Assembly: GCF_000143415.4 (NCBI RefSeq)
Contig: NW_003314347.1
Coordinates: 766,752 to 830,751, forward strand
Origin: Selaginella moellendorffii
Taxonomy: Eukaryota > Plantae > Lycopodiophyta
Length of the DNA: 64,000 nucleotides
Direction: 5' to 3'
Part shown: positions 8,466-21,615 of the stretch, in pieces
Position numbering within the stretch: the stretch's first letter is position 1
Layout of the letters: every line of letters starts with the position of its first letter
Position numbers and translations under genes: made by a program
The notes under the pieces: model-generated
The model's input: only the letters and a program-made list of their open reading frames with translations
The model's database searches: none
Told to the model about the DNA's origin: nothing

Positions 8466-10468
8466 TCATAGTCTTATCTTGCTAATGTAGTGAGGCAAAC
8501 CCATCTCTGGCAACGGGATACCATACTCTGCGAGCTTCGCTTCGAAATTTCTCATGACAGTAGTATATGCCTTAAAAATCAGAGAATATCAGTTTGAAAA
8601 CATTTAGAGGTTTGATACATACCTTCGTTACCCGTCCCAACTCGTAATACAAAGTCTTGATCTGTTGATTCTTTGCTTCCAACATCTTGTCAATCCCATA
8701 CTTCACAAGATGCACTGTAGCAGGATCCATTTTGCCATTCCCCAATGCCTCTCCAAGTTGTGCTTCCTGTAGGACTTTCTTAGTTTTTCTCTACAGTCTC
8801 TAGGCACAAAAGTGTACCTTCTTTTCGAGCTGTTCCCCAAGCACCTGGACTTGTCTCTGAAGGAGGGTGCTTTTTACACCGCACTTTTGTTGGACATCAA
8901 AGACACAAGCTTCAAATCTTGCGTACAGATCGTCCCGATCAGCTTGGACCTGTTTCATGAAGTAAGCAAGGCTGTTGAGCATAAGCAAAACAACAAGCAG
9001 CTTACTTTTTCAAGTTTGTCCAAAACTATCCTATATTCCCACTCGAGCTGGCTTGTGTGCTTCAGAACATCTGAATGTTGGCCTCGTAGTTGCAGTAGTG
9101 ATTGTCGATCCTGCATATGACGTTTATATTTTCGAGAGGAAACCAGTATCCTAATTACCTTTTCGTGGCTGTCCAGCTGTTTTCTCAGGCTTTCAACTTC
9201 TTTCAGAGACCGTGTCAAAGGTTCTGTCAGCCTCTTGTTTTCTTGCGAGATCTCGTACATAAGCTTTTCATTTGCCTGTTCTTTTCTCTTCATGTCGTTG
9301 ATATCTTCCTGTTTTCAAGGCGCAGCTTAGAAAGACGGCACTCACGCGCTCAAACAAAAGGTACCTTCAGCGTCTTAATGAGGTCAAGGTTGTTCTGAGT
9401 GATATCATTGTAGTAGCATTTGATTTCAGAGAAAGCTTTTTCGTGCTTTTTTATAAGCTCTGAAATATGCAAGTTTTTACGCTCTTCAATTTCATGGATC
9501 TCTTGTTTTCTGCGAAGATCGTTTTCGGCTTGCACTTGTCTCATCTGGCAAAGGTAAAACGCGATGAAAATTAAGAAGCCAAAGAAAACAGACGCACCTT
9601 TTTCTCCGTTTTAAGCAGCAAATCCTTGGCATTTATATCAAACTCTCGCCTCATTTTGGTAATCTCCTTTGCGTGATCCTACCAGAACATGCCCGAGTTG
9701 TAAACATGACGACAGTGCCAGCAAAAAACTCCCACCTGTTTCATTTGCTTCAGTTGTTCTTCGTAACTCAGCTCAACCTCCCTGATCTTATCTTTCAAGT
9801 CACGCTGTTCGTCCCTGCAGATATTTCCCAGAGCTGTCATGAGACAAGCCCGTCAGCTCCAGATCTTACGGTAAGTCGTTAGTTTGAAACGAAAAGAAGA
9901 AAAACAAATGGAGAACTTACAAGAGCTGGCTTTCTCGAGTGGCTGCTTCTTCTCGCTGTAGCTTCAAAGCAAGCTCGTTATCCCCCTTGATAGTACTCAC
10001 GAGAACTTGTTGCTCATATAGAAGATGCTTCATCTTCTGGCTGAAAACCTGTAGAGAAGAAAAAACTATGAGCATAGAGATCAATACTGTACGAAAAAAA
10101 CAATGGATTGCCTTGAGGTCAGTTTGATGCTTCTCAGCAATCTCCTCCATTTGTCTATCCTTGATCCGCAGTTCCGCCTCCGCATGCTCCCTTTCTTTCT
10201 TTTTGATTTCCATGAAACAATTTAGCTTGTCCTGCTCGGCCAATATTACTCGAGAAATCCACGAAGCGCTACTAAGAATACTAACCAAGAATCACGAGCT
10301 TACCCTCTCAATCTGCGAGCGATTTCTCTGCTTGGCCTCCTTGTTTCTCTCGGCAGTGATCCCATCGATCTGAGCTTGAAGCTCCTGTATGCTCGGTCCA
10401 GCATCCACAGCCGCCGCTGCCGCATCCTTCCCTTTGCCCTTACCGGCATCCTTCTTCTTTGGCGCCAT
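8466..10468 (-). CDS. DRC4: Dynein regulatory complex subunit 4 / GAS8 (flagellar nexin-DRC), multi-exon
   Basis: Spliced exons give MAPKKKDAGKGK..., RNRSQIERDK, KHQTDLKVFSQKMKHLLYEQQ, EIHEIEERKNLHISELIKKHEKAFSEIKCYYNDITQNNLDLIKTLK, ENKRLTEPL, DVQQKCGVKSTLL, FEAKLAEYGIP. ATG 10468, TGA 8466-8468. Confidence 0.92.
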
Positions 10469-10842
10469 AGCTACAGCTCCTCGCGAGAGAGTGAAACCCT
10501 GGTAGAATGTGACGAAAGAATGACACGCTACATTCTCTTACTCGATCGCGCACCGTCGGACCTCACACTTGCGCATCCGACCGTCCGCTCACTCCCGCCC
10601 TTTGGCGCAAAACCGCCTTTGAAACTCAAGAGCCCTAGAACCCTGAATATTCCACCGAATAAGCTTCGAATTTAAAAAAGAACAAGCATCAGGACTCCCG
10701 GTTCTCACTCTTTTTTCTTTCTCCGAGAGTCCCGTAAAGCTTGTTCTCTTTCTTCCTTGCAAACGCTGCATGCTAGAGCTAGACATTGATGAAAAGAACG
10801 AAAAATTAGAACGAGAAACCAACCTGCAAGAAGATCATCAGA

Positions 10843-13691
10843 TCACGAAGAAGAGCTCCTGGAGATGGAGTTGCTATTGTCGATGCCGGGCAGAGGCCTT
10901 ACGAGCTCGAGAATCTGGACGACTTCCGCCATGCTCGGCCTGTTCGAAGGGAGCGGCGACGAGCAAATCAATCCCAGCTTGATGACTGGCAAAACTTCGT
11001 CCTCCGGACAGGCCTCCAGGCTCGGCTCCACGCAGCTCATCCCCCGGCCTTCGTTGAGCAAAGCCCGGACGTAGTCGCAGAGTATGACAACGTCTTCTTC
11101 CATGTACTCGACAGGCCTTCTTCCAGTCACTAGCTCCAAGAGTATGATCCCAAAGCCATAGACGTCGCACTTCTCGGTCACTTTGGAGCTCTGGGACGCA
11201 AACTCGGGAGCCATGTAGCCGAGAGCTCCTTGGAACTTGCTGCTGATGGCGTAGCGGTCCAGTACAGGGAGAAGATTTGCGAGTCCGTAGTCCGAGATGA
11301 GTGGCCTGTTGTCCACACCCAGAAGAATGTTGTTCGACTTGAGATCGTAGTGTATCACCTGCGGCTGGCAGGAGTGATGGAGATGCGAGAGTCCCATTGC
11401 TGTTCCCTGTGCGATCTTAAACCTCTCAGACCAGCTCAGTGGAGGCTCGCCAAATGTTCGTTCGTGAAGCCTGCTGTACAAGCTCCCGTTTGGAACGAAG
11501 TCATAAATAAGGAGCTGCATCCTCGACGTCCAGTAGTAGCCTTGAAGAGCGACCAGGTTCGGGTGCTCGATCTTCCCCAGCTGCTGGACTTCTTTCTCAA
11601 ACTCGAGCTGAGACTTCACCAATCCGGCAGTCACCAGCTTCTTTACTGCAAACGTTCGTCCATCCGATATAGCAGCCCGGTAAACAACTCCAAATCCTCC
11701 ACGGCCAATCTCCTGCTCCTTGTTAAGCAGCGAGTGAGCGCTCGGAAGAAGCTCCTCGGACTTTGTGTCATTTCCGTCGGTAAACATGACCAGCTTTCCA
11801 ATGGCCAGATCCTCACTGGAGGAACTCGGAGAGCTGTTGTGATCCGCCATGAAAAAGTTGTTTTTGAGAGCAGCAGCCGGCGCAGCTTGCTGAGCACGGA
11901 TGTTGAGGACAGAGACGACCACAATTCCCAGAGCGATCACTGCTGCTGCGGAGATAGCTATGATCGCCGACACACTGAGTACGATCTTGTTCTTTCCCCT
12001 GTGTCCTCCGGATTGAAGTATCCCTGCTGTGTCGCTGCTTGCATTCGGATTCAGCACTATCGGTTTAGGAACCGTCGAGCATGCTACGTCGAGAGCAGCT
12101 CCACATAGGCCTGAATTTCCCTGGAAAGCAGTCCGATTTACCAAGTTAAAAACTCCACCTTTCGGAATTGGACCGTCGAGATGATTGTGCGACACGTCGA
12201 GGCTAGAGAGACTCTCCAGCTTCACAAGTTCCTTCGGTATCGGACCCGTTAAGTTGTTCCACGCGAGGTCCAGAGACTGTAGAAAATTCAGCCTCGAGAG
12301 CGCCCCGGGTATGCTTCCAGACAAACGATTCGAGGACAAGTCCCTGAAAAAAGAACGAACGCAAAACTCATCAGAAAACTAGAAACAATGCAGCTGCAAA
12401 AGACTTACAGCTCTACGAGACGCTCGCACTTGGAAATGGCCTTGGGAATGTTTCCCACCAGCAAGTTCTTCGCCAGCTTTAGAACGGTGAGAGAGCTCAT
12501 GTTGGTGAAAGTGGACGGTATTCCTCCCTGGAGCTGGTTGTGGCTCAAGTCCAAGAACATAAGCCTCTGGAGCTGGCTGATCTGTCCAGGAATCCCACCA
12601 GAGAGGACGTTCCATCCCACATTTAAGTGCTGCAAGCTGCTACACTGGGCGATTCTCGACGGCACTTCCCCGAAAATCCTGTTTCCGGAGATATCCACCA
12701 CTTGAAGCGCATGACAAGGTGGCCAGATTGGAAAATCGCCCAGGAACTCGTTTCTGGAGAGATTGAGGAACTGCAAGCTCGACGAGAAAAGCCCAAAGGG
12801 AATCTTTCCACCCAAATGGTTGCTGCTGAGATCCAAGCTCGAGAGCCGAAGGAGCTGGAGCAAGCTCTGAGGAACCACCCCCGTGAGATTGTTTCCAGCC
12901 AAGTTGAGCGAGCGCAGGGATGAAAGCGTCGCGAGAGACGGTGGGATTGAGCCTTGGAACCCGTTCCACGAGAGGTCCAGCTCCTGCAAAGCTCGCAAGC
13001 TCTTGCCGATCCAATCCGGAAGATCGCCGGAGAAACCATTCTCGGCAATGCGAAGAGTGACGAGCCCGGTTTGGTTTGCGGCCAGAGATGGAGAGAGCTG
13101 CCCCGTTAACCTGTTCTTGCTAAGGCTAAGGTACCTGAGGAGATGGCCGCCCCCAAAGAAATCCCTGGCTAGAGCGCCAGTGAAAGCGTTGTCTGAGAGA
13201 TCCACGTAACGTATCGAAGCCCCCATGGGCGATGGCAGCTCCCCGGACAGCCGATTCTTCTTCAAATCCACGAAGTCCAGCATCCGGAAGAGCTCCGGAA
13301 CCACATTGCCCGAGAGATTGTTGGCAGAGAGCGAGAGAGTCTTGAGGCGTTCGAGCTTGAGGAGGCCTCTCCCAATCGTGCCCGACAGTGCCAGGCCATC
13401 GAGCGAGACCGATTCGACCCTGCCGCTGGCGCTGCCACACCGGATTCCCGTCCAATTGCATGGCGATGAATCCGCCTCGCTCCAAGAAGCCAGCGATCCG
13501 CGAGGATCTTGGAGCCCCGCCTTGAAGACCAGCAGCCCAAGAACATCGTCGTTCCACGACACCGTCTCATCCTCTTCCCCCGCCGAATGCCGCGGCAGCG
13601 AGGCCAAGATCAGCGCCAAGATTGCAAGGAAGAGCACGGAATCGATCTTCCCTGGAGCTCCGGCGCGCCGGCCATGGATCCTGGCGCTCAT
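10843..13691 (-). CDS. LRR receptor-like kinase, LRR-VII (IRK/PXC2-like); 2 exons, intron 12344-12408
   Basis: Hydrophobic signal segment, NDDVLGLLVFKAGLQDP..LASWSEADSSPCNWTG, LRRs, PKPIVLNPN, LSVSAIIAISAAAVIALG TM, GKLVMF, SAHSLLNKEQEIGRGGFG, non-RD HYDLKSNN, SSKFQGALGYMAPEF. Confidence 0.93.
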
Positions 13692-14473
13692 TCTTGGAAT
13701 CCTAGAAGCTCGCGAGCTGCATTGCAAAGATTCTTCATACCCCGCACGCCATACCCGCCGCCGCTCACACGTGAAAGCTCACAACGGGATTTCAATCGCC
13801 GTCACCAAGTCCCGTGAGCTCCATAGACCGCCATAGCCAGAGCTTCTTCCGCTGGCGGAATATGCCAGGGACGTCAAGGCTCCGCCAAGGAAATCGGTAG
13901 ATTCGTCGCACATTCCGCCGCGAGCCCTAACTGACTGTGAGTCTTTCATCATTAAACGAAAGTTATCGTACGCCTTTTTATCCACGTGTCTTCCACGTCA
14001 GACTGTGGATGTGACCTGGACTCCCCATAAATGGCATTAAATGGGACCCATTAAAAATACATCTATTTTTCAGAGACAGCGAATCTATAGTATATTCGAG
14101 GTTTTGACCTCTGAAAGGAAGCTTTTGGCGCCAACCGGCTCAGCCGGTGCCGCTCCTCGGGCACTGGCTAGTGCCGGTCACCTCTCTTAGTCTTATGCTA
14201 ATGAATGTGTCCACACAACGAGGAAAGAAGAAAAGAGAGACAGGATGAACGCAACAGCAACCAAACAAGTAATTGTCTCGTACCAGAGCTTTCAATGCGA
14301 CCGGTGATTATGCCACGAGAATCCTTGGAGATGCTATTTGTCTCACTTTCAATTGTTTGACACTGTGCACAAACAGATATATAAGTAGCGAGAGAAGGAT
14401 GAGATCGATGTGATATCTTTTCTCTTCCGCTAGTAAGTAGCAAATTATTTTGAGAGGATCACTCACTTCTAAA

Positions 14474-16302
14474 TCACTGATAGAACTTGTAAGTCGACGC
14501 ATCCATTACCAAGTTCCGGAATCCCCCGATTGTGGCTGCTATCATTAGCAGCACGCCCAGCACGATCGATATCTAGAGCATTAAGTGTTAGAGAGCGACC
14601 AAGAAAAGCTCGAGAGTATCTTACCCAGTTTGCGAGCCATGAAAAGCTGAATCGCTTGGGTTTGTACACTGCCAGCCATATTATACACGGTAGCTGGAAC
14701 GGAAAGCATTGAACGAAAGAGAAACACAAAAGCCAAAAGACTTACGAAATAAGTTGTGGGCGCTAGTGCAAATCCTCCAAAGAAACCGAGAAGATTTCCG
14801 AAGAACGGGATTGTGATCGCTACAAACGCTGTAAATGCTGTGAAAGCAAAGCCTGGCCTGAGTCGGAAACTCGGAAGCTCGAAAAGAAAAGCTTACCAAC
14901 GTAGACTGTTCTGGCGATGAGACGGAGGCAAACGCCAGGAGGCAAGTGGAGCTTCTTGACAAGAAGCGTCTCGAGCATGTCAAACACAGGCATTGCGTAA
15001 ATCTGCCACATAAAAGATCAACAAATCAACACTAGAAGAACAAGAAGAATTTTTTTTTAAAAAGCATAGCAAACCTGGTAGCTGCCAATGACATGAACAA
15101 CGAGCATGAGATTGGCAGCAGCGATGAGCCAGTGTGGAGTACCGATGTGTTGGAGAATGTTGTCGTAAGAAGTATCGTTCCCAAATGCCCAGTAGCCGAT
15201 GAGAGCCACCGGGAAGTAGCAAATCGCCACGACCATGTACGCCACCACCACTCCCTTCCACATCGGGCCCTTGGACGGCTTGCTCGGCGAGGATGGAATG
15301 GTTGCCTGGATCTCAAGAACAACGTTGTGCCCGGCATAGGCGAACGCGATCATTCCCAGCGCATTGAAAACCTTGAACACCGTGTTGGCTGCCGATGGGG
15401 AGTGAGGATAGCTGTAGCTCACATCCGGCCCCCCGGCATTGGGGATCGCGGTCGTCCAGGCGATCGTGGAATAGCTGCCAATGGAAGGAAGAAGAACTTA
15501 GCACAAACCCCACGAAATATTTCAAGAGAAGAACGATCGACGGGATCGAAATCTGGCTCAACACGATCGAAATCTTGCTCACCTGAGAGACATGACCGCC
15601 GCGGAGAGCGAAATCCCCGAGATGGAGTTGAAATTGGGGAGCTGCGCCAGCACGAAGTGGATCGACGCGAACACCAGGATCCAATACGACTGCCGGATGT
15701 GCTTGCATCCGGTCGCGTCGGGCGCGCAGCTCACCAGCTCGTAGAATCGCTTGAGCGATTTCCCGCCGGTGACCATGTAGACGATGTCGACGCCGACCTC
15801 GACGATGAGCTGCTGCGGCACCACGATCCACAGCCCCAGGCGCTCGCCAAACGCCTCCTGCGCGAGCTCGTGGTAGCGATCGAAGCGCTTGCCCTCCACC
15901 ATCTCGTGCATCTCCACCATTTGCCATAGCGTGTAGAGCGTGACGGTCCAGGAGAGGAGGAGCACGAAGATCCCAGGCCCCCTGGAAAAACGAAGAACCC
16001 TAAAAAATGTAGACGTTATAACATTCGAACGTTACCATCCCAGATAAACCATAGCCGAGGGTAACGCCAGCACGCCCGATCCTACCATCGCGGTTACGTT
16101 GTGAAACGCGGAGTACCACCATTTGGCGTTCCTCGAGCTCGTCACTGGCAGCCATTCGTCCACATTGATAGAAGATTCCTGCAAGAAGGGGAATTTTAGA
16201 TTCCAAAAAAAGATATTGAAAGGATTTTGATGCTTTGTGGGAAGATTTTCGCTCCTCCTCCTCTCCTCCTAGTTTCATTTTCTTCATCTTCTGAGCTTCC
16301 AT
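14474..16302 (-). CDS. Lysine/histidine transporter (LHT, AAAP family), copy 1, multi-exon
   Basis: [91 protein letters not shown]. The first exon boundary is uncertain. Confidence 0.9.
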
Positions 16303-16517
16303 TGCGAAAAAAATCTCTAAAGAACGAACAAAAATTAGTATGTCCAAATCCAGGCAAAGAATTGCTAGTCTCTAGGTGTTGAACTTAAAGTTCCAGACCT
16401 GCCAAATATGGCCAAATGGAAATATCTTTTTTATATATTTTCTGGATATCGATTTAATATGTATGGAACCCATATACATTTGAAGCAATACTTTTTTCTT
16501 CTGTATACCTTTTGCAG

Positions 16518-18753
16518 CTACTGATAAAACTGGTATGTTGATGCATCCAGGACGATACTTCTGAAGCCTCCAATAGTAGCTACAAGCATTAGCAGCACTC
16601 CCAAGACAATACAAATCTGCAATCCACGAGAAAATATAAAAATTAAAGCAATAGTTTTTTTTTTCTGGACAGAAAGGTTTGCGTACCCAGTTTGCCATCC
16701 ACGAAAGACTGAAAACTCTGGGTTTGTAAACAGCCAGCCACATAATACACGGGAGCTGTGGATTAATGCAAAGAAGGTTAAGCCAAAGAAATCAACCAAA
16801 ACAAAAAAAATTAGAGGAACTTACAAAGTAAGTCGTGGGAGCAAACGCAAAACCTCCGAAAAAACCCAGCAAGTCTCCAAAAAAAGGAAAAGTCATCCCA
16901 ACGAAGGCAGTGAAAGCTGCCAAGATAAAAGTTCCAGTGTTGAGTGATCTGGATGAATAAAAAATCTCCAAAACTTACCAACATAGAGTGATCGAGCGAC
17001 GAGACGAAGAATCACACCTGGAGGAAAGTGAAATTTCTTGACCAGAACGGTTTCCAGCATATCAAACACTGGCATCGCATAGATCTGTTTAAGGAAACGA
17101 AACAAAACCTCGATCAATCAAAGAGCTTACTTGAAACAAGTCGAGAAGAGAGAACTCAGCTTACCTGGTAGCTTCCAATGACGTGAACCACAACCATGAG
17201 ATTGGCAGCCGCGATGAGCCACTCGGGTCTCCCGAGACGCTGGAGAACATTGTCATAGCTGGTATCATTTCCAAAAGCCCAGTATCCAACCAAGGAAACC
17301 GGGAAGTAACACATAGCCACGACAATATACGCCACGACCACTCCCCTCCACATTGGAACTTTGGATGGCTTTTGCGGCGAGGAAGGGATTGTCGCCTGGA
17401 TCTCAAGAACAACGTTGTGACCGGCGTAGGCAAACGCTACCTGCCCGAGAGCATTGAAAACTCTAAACACAGTGTTCGCCACTGATGGAGAGTGAGGATA
17501 AGCGTAGCTCACTTTGGTCATTGGTGGCTTTGCTTCTTGGCCGTAATGCACTGGAGCAACCCATGCAATCGTCGAGTAACTGCGGAAAAGAAATAAAAAG
17601 TTGGCAAAGTTGCGTAAAAGTTTTGAGTTCTTCTTCTTACCTGAGAGACATGACGGCTGCTGCCAAGGAGACTCCGGTGATGGAGTTGAAGTTTGGGAGC
17701 TGGGACAAGAAGAAGTGAACCGAGGCAAAGACGAGGATCCAGTAAGTTTTCTTGATGTGCTTGCAGCTGATGTCATCGGGCTTGCAATGGACGAGCTCGT
17801 AGAATCTCATGAGAGACGTCCCTCCTGTGACCATATAGACGATGTCCACTCCAACTTCCACGATGAGCTGCTGGGGCACGACGATCCACAGTCCAAGTTT
17901 CTCTCCGAAAGCCTCCTGCCCGAGTTCGTGGTAGCGATCAAATCTCTTCCCCGGGACCATTTCGTGCATTTCCACCATTTGCCACAGCGTGTAGAGTGTG
18001 ATCACCCACGACAGTACAAGAACAAGGACCCCCGGTCCCCTGGAACGAAAAAAAAATCTTTAAAGTTGCTTGGAAAAGTTGGAAAACCATTTGTCAAGAA
18101 CATGGAGCTGGAGGATTGCGGGCGACACACGACTAGGGTGGGCGATGGACAACGGACTTAAGTAACGAGTCACAGTCTTTGCCAACACGGAGATCCATTA
18201 AAAAAAAATTGACTACTCGTCATGGCAAGGAAGTCACGGGCAGCGAGGAGAAGACTTTTAGACCAGGAAGAAAGCACGCGAGGTCTTTTCTTGTTTCCAC
18301 AGGCATGACAAGAGCACGAATGAGAAAACACTGACTGACCAAGAATTTGGATCGAAACTAAGCGAATTTGAAGCTAGCGATTGAAACGAAGAAGAGCTGC
18401 GAAGAACTTACCAGCCAAGATAGACCATCGCCGAGGGGAGGCTAAGAACTCCAGCTCCAACCATGGCGGTGACATTATGGAAGGCCGAGTACCACCACTT
18501 GGCGTTCCTGGAGCCACTGCCAACGGGCAGCCAATCGTCCACGGATTTCACAGTTCGAGCGTGGCCTTTGTCCTCGACATACTCCTACAGATTCAATCCA
18601 GAAAACGAGGAGCTGTGAGAATCTGGGAAAAAAAGGGGGATCTCGGGACTTTTTCCCAGCTTTTGGGAAGGGATTCTTTCCTACCTTGAATGCCTGCGTG
18701 GAGGAGGGAGGCGAGGAGCCATTGTTGGTGCTGTCGTTCTCGTGTGGCGCCAT
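16518..18753 (-). CDS. Lysine/histidine transporter (LHT), copy 2, multi-exon
   Basis: MAPHEND..., [71 protein letters not shown], ends TYQFYQ*. Confidence 0.92.
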
Positions 18754-19585
18754 CTCTGGGAGCTGAGCAAAAACTATAAACGCGAGCGCTCACTCTCGCA
18801 CAGCCTCGTTAAGTCCACCTTAAATTAGCCCTTACATAGAAAACTATGCACCGTGTTGAGAATTCAGACGACGGCGTTGATTTGTCTCCTATATATTTCA
18901 GAAATCTCGCAATCTGTTCACTTGGGGGAATAAAACGTGGTTTTAAATCCGAAAATTTCTGGAGCCCTGGTTTTTTTTTCTTGATGTGGAGTGATAAAGT
19001 GATTACAAATAGTAGGATTCACCCTTGAACGCGGCCTAGCCACCAGTTGTGGAACATTCAAAGCTGAATTCTCAGGAAACTTTGTAAACTAATAATGATA
19101 ATAATTATGAAGAAATGAGTAGCAATCCTCATCCTTGCATATTTACAAACATCAGTCTTGCATCCCAAAGTTATCTATCCCAATAGGATACATACCAGTA
19201 GCAACTTCACTTACAGAAACCGTATCATACACGATCCTCTCAACAAAGCGACACAGCAGTTTTCAACTTGTCACAAAGGTAGAATGACAAAATTGTCGGC
19301 GTAATTGACCACTCAAAAAGAACGCAAACTAGACCGAACAACCCAAGTTGGAATCAAATCTCAGGTCATTGCTTGTTTCACACACTAGTAACATTGGCCC
19401 TCATCAAATTTAAAGTAGATGCGAACATTTGACTAATATGCCATGCTACCGTTGACGGTCAACTGGAATCAGACTTTCGGTCCGGACAAACAAAGCCGGC
19501 ACTTCTGTTAATTCCCATTGTGCTAGGGCATTTCGCATTCTTTGTGAGTGTTTCTCTCTATCTATTCCTTCCGGCAATCCAGGTA

Positions 19586-20182
19586 ATGGCACCCATCGGC
19601 GTGGAGGAGATCATCCCCGACGGCACGCTCTCCTACTTCGACAAGGATGGCAAGCTCCAGAACGTTTCCATCTACGCCCTAGCCGAGAAGAAGAAAGTGG
19701 TCCTGTTCGGAGTTCCAGGAGCTTTCACTCCTACTTGCAGGTGCCCTTTTCTTCTTTTCCTCTTGCAAATCAATGCGAGCTCGATCTATCTCTTTCTAGC
19801 TTGAAGCATGTCCCTGGATACATTGACAAGGCACCGGAGCTCAAGGCCAAGGGCGTGGATAAGATCCTGTGCTTGACTGGTAAATCCTGATTCTTTCTCG
19901 CGATGGATTGAAACCTTTTGTCCAGTGAACGATCCTTTCGTTGTTCGTGAATGGGCCAAGACCTATCCAGAGGATTCGGCCGTGATGTTCCTGGCAGACG
20001 GCTCCGCGACTTACACCAAGAGCTTGGGACTGGAGCTGGACCTGACGGAGCGAGGCATGGGGATTCGATCCAAAAGGTTTGCTTTGCTGCTGGATGATCT
20101 CGTTGTCAAGGCTGCCAACATTGAGGAGGGTGGCGACTTCAAGGTCTCCAGCGCTGATGACATACTTGCGGTTCTGCCATAA
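19586..20182 (+). CDS. PRXII: Type II peroxiredoxin (cytosolic PrxII B/C/D-like), 3 exons
   Basis: [26 protein letters not shown]|[35 protein letters not shown]. Introns 19741-19799 and 19880-19925. Confidence 0.95.
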
Positions 20183-21332
20183 GTACTACTTACTCAGTTA
20201 TCCAAATATTTGTTATGTTACTTTTTGCATGGTTTGCCGTATTTAAGTTTAAATGTTTTAGTGAAATATATTACAATATTTAAAAGGCGATAAAGTAAAT
20301 GCTAATAAAAATATAATTTAATATTTTTAGAACAATAGAAGAACTAACAAGATCGAGTACAGTGAATTTGGGGTGGCAGGAAGGAGAACAGCTTTATTTC
20401 AGAATATCTATGTGGTACACAAGTACTTACACAAAATATTATCTTAAATTGTGATGTACTTGAGCTTTACACCATCTTCCCACTTTGTAACAAACTCTAT
20501 TATCTTAAACTCTGAGTAGCAATAATGATCTTAACTCCATTACTCACAAGATCCTAATAGCAATTGTGTGATGTCATTCTATCCTTATAATGGATAAAAA
20601 CTCTTAAAAGAGAAGATAGAATGGCTTTCCTTCACAAATGGCTAAAAAACTTTGAATGATTTGTGGTATCTATAAAAATTAGATTAAATAGGAGAGTTTT
20701 AAGTTGGTATGGCTTTCTTTAGTCACCAGATGGTAAGCGATTAAAGATGGCAACCTTAACTCACAAAATCTTAGTACCATGATTTCATCTGATCTTTATA
20801 ATTGATCATAAATTTTAATCCACCCAGAAGCCCTTGAAAATGGTTGTCAAAGAATAGGATTGTAAATTTGGCAATTCTAGTTTTAGAGACTTGCATAATA
20901 TAATTATTTTTCAGAGTAAAACTAGTTACAGAATTCTTAATTTTAATAAATAAAGTTTTTAAATTTTTTAATAACATATATATTTCCAAACTCTGTATCT
21001 CAACCACAAAGATCCTTCAAAAAGATTGTGAGGTTGTTATGGTTGAACTGACTAAAAATAACATTTCCTAAAAGGTACCTCACTAAAAACCCAAATAAGA
21101 AAATGCAATTATAAACTCTAAGAACACTAAAGGAAGGGAAATTGCAAAAATACACAACAATATTTTGTTCTTGTGGAAACACATTGATCTCCTTCAATCG
21201 ATGAGAATGTATTCTTTGCCTTTAGATGTTTCCATTTAGTATTAGTTCACTTCTATGTGTTTTGGGTGGTCAAAATATGTGTTTATTTATTTTATTTAAC
21301 TTTAACATTAATAAAGTATAATATATCTGCTC

Positions 21333-21466
21333 CTTGATCACAAAATTCGCATCATGCCACTCCACCACCAAATCCTCCCGTACTGGTAGAGCACGGGATC
21401 AAGACCTCCAGCACAGTCGATTTGACCAGCAGCATTTTCTCCCATAGAACGACCCCGCCGGATCGC
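21333..21466 (-). pseudogene. Decayed CYP74 fragment (K-helix/ExxR region)
   Basis: Colinear with 24566-24726 of the intact CYP74 (cttgatcaca...ccgtactggtagagcacggg...gacctccagcacagtcga...gaccccgccggatcgc) with several small deletions. Confidence 0.85.
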
Positions 21467-21615
21467 AAGTTGAAACTGTTCTCGTAGTGACTCTACTAAA
21501 TCTAAACAATCACAGGGGCACATGCGAAATACTGGATGAGAACATTATATTCGAAATACTTGTCATTGTAGAGCGCTGTATCCATGGCCAGCTGGATCCT
21601 GGAGCGAAGGGGAAT

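Noticed and set aside
14135-14180. Two short GC-rich hairpins (accggctcagccggt; ggcactggctagtgcc)
   Set aside because: Too short to distinguish from chance; no tRNA or miRNA structure.
20340-21300. AT-rich stretch with broken ORFs; AT-rich spacers at 3740-4260 and 23400-24250
   Set aside because: No termini, TSD or protein motif could be supported.
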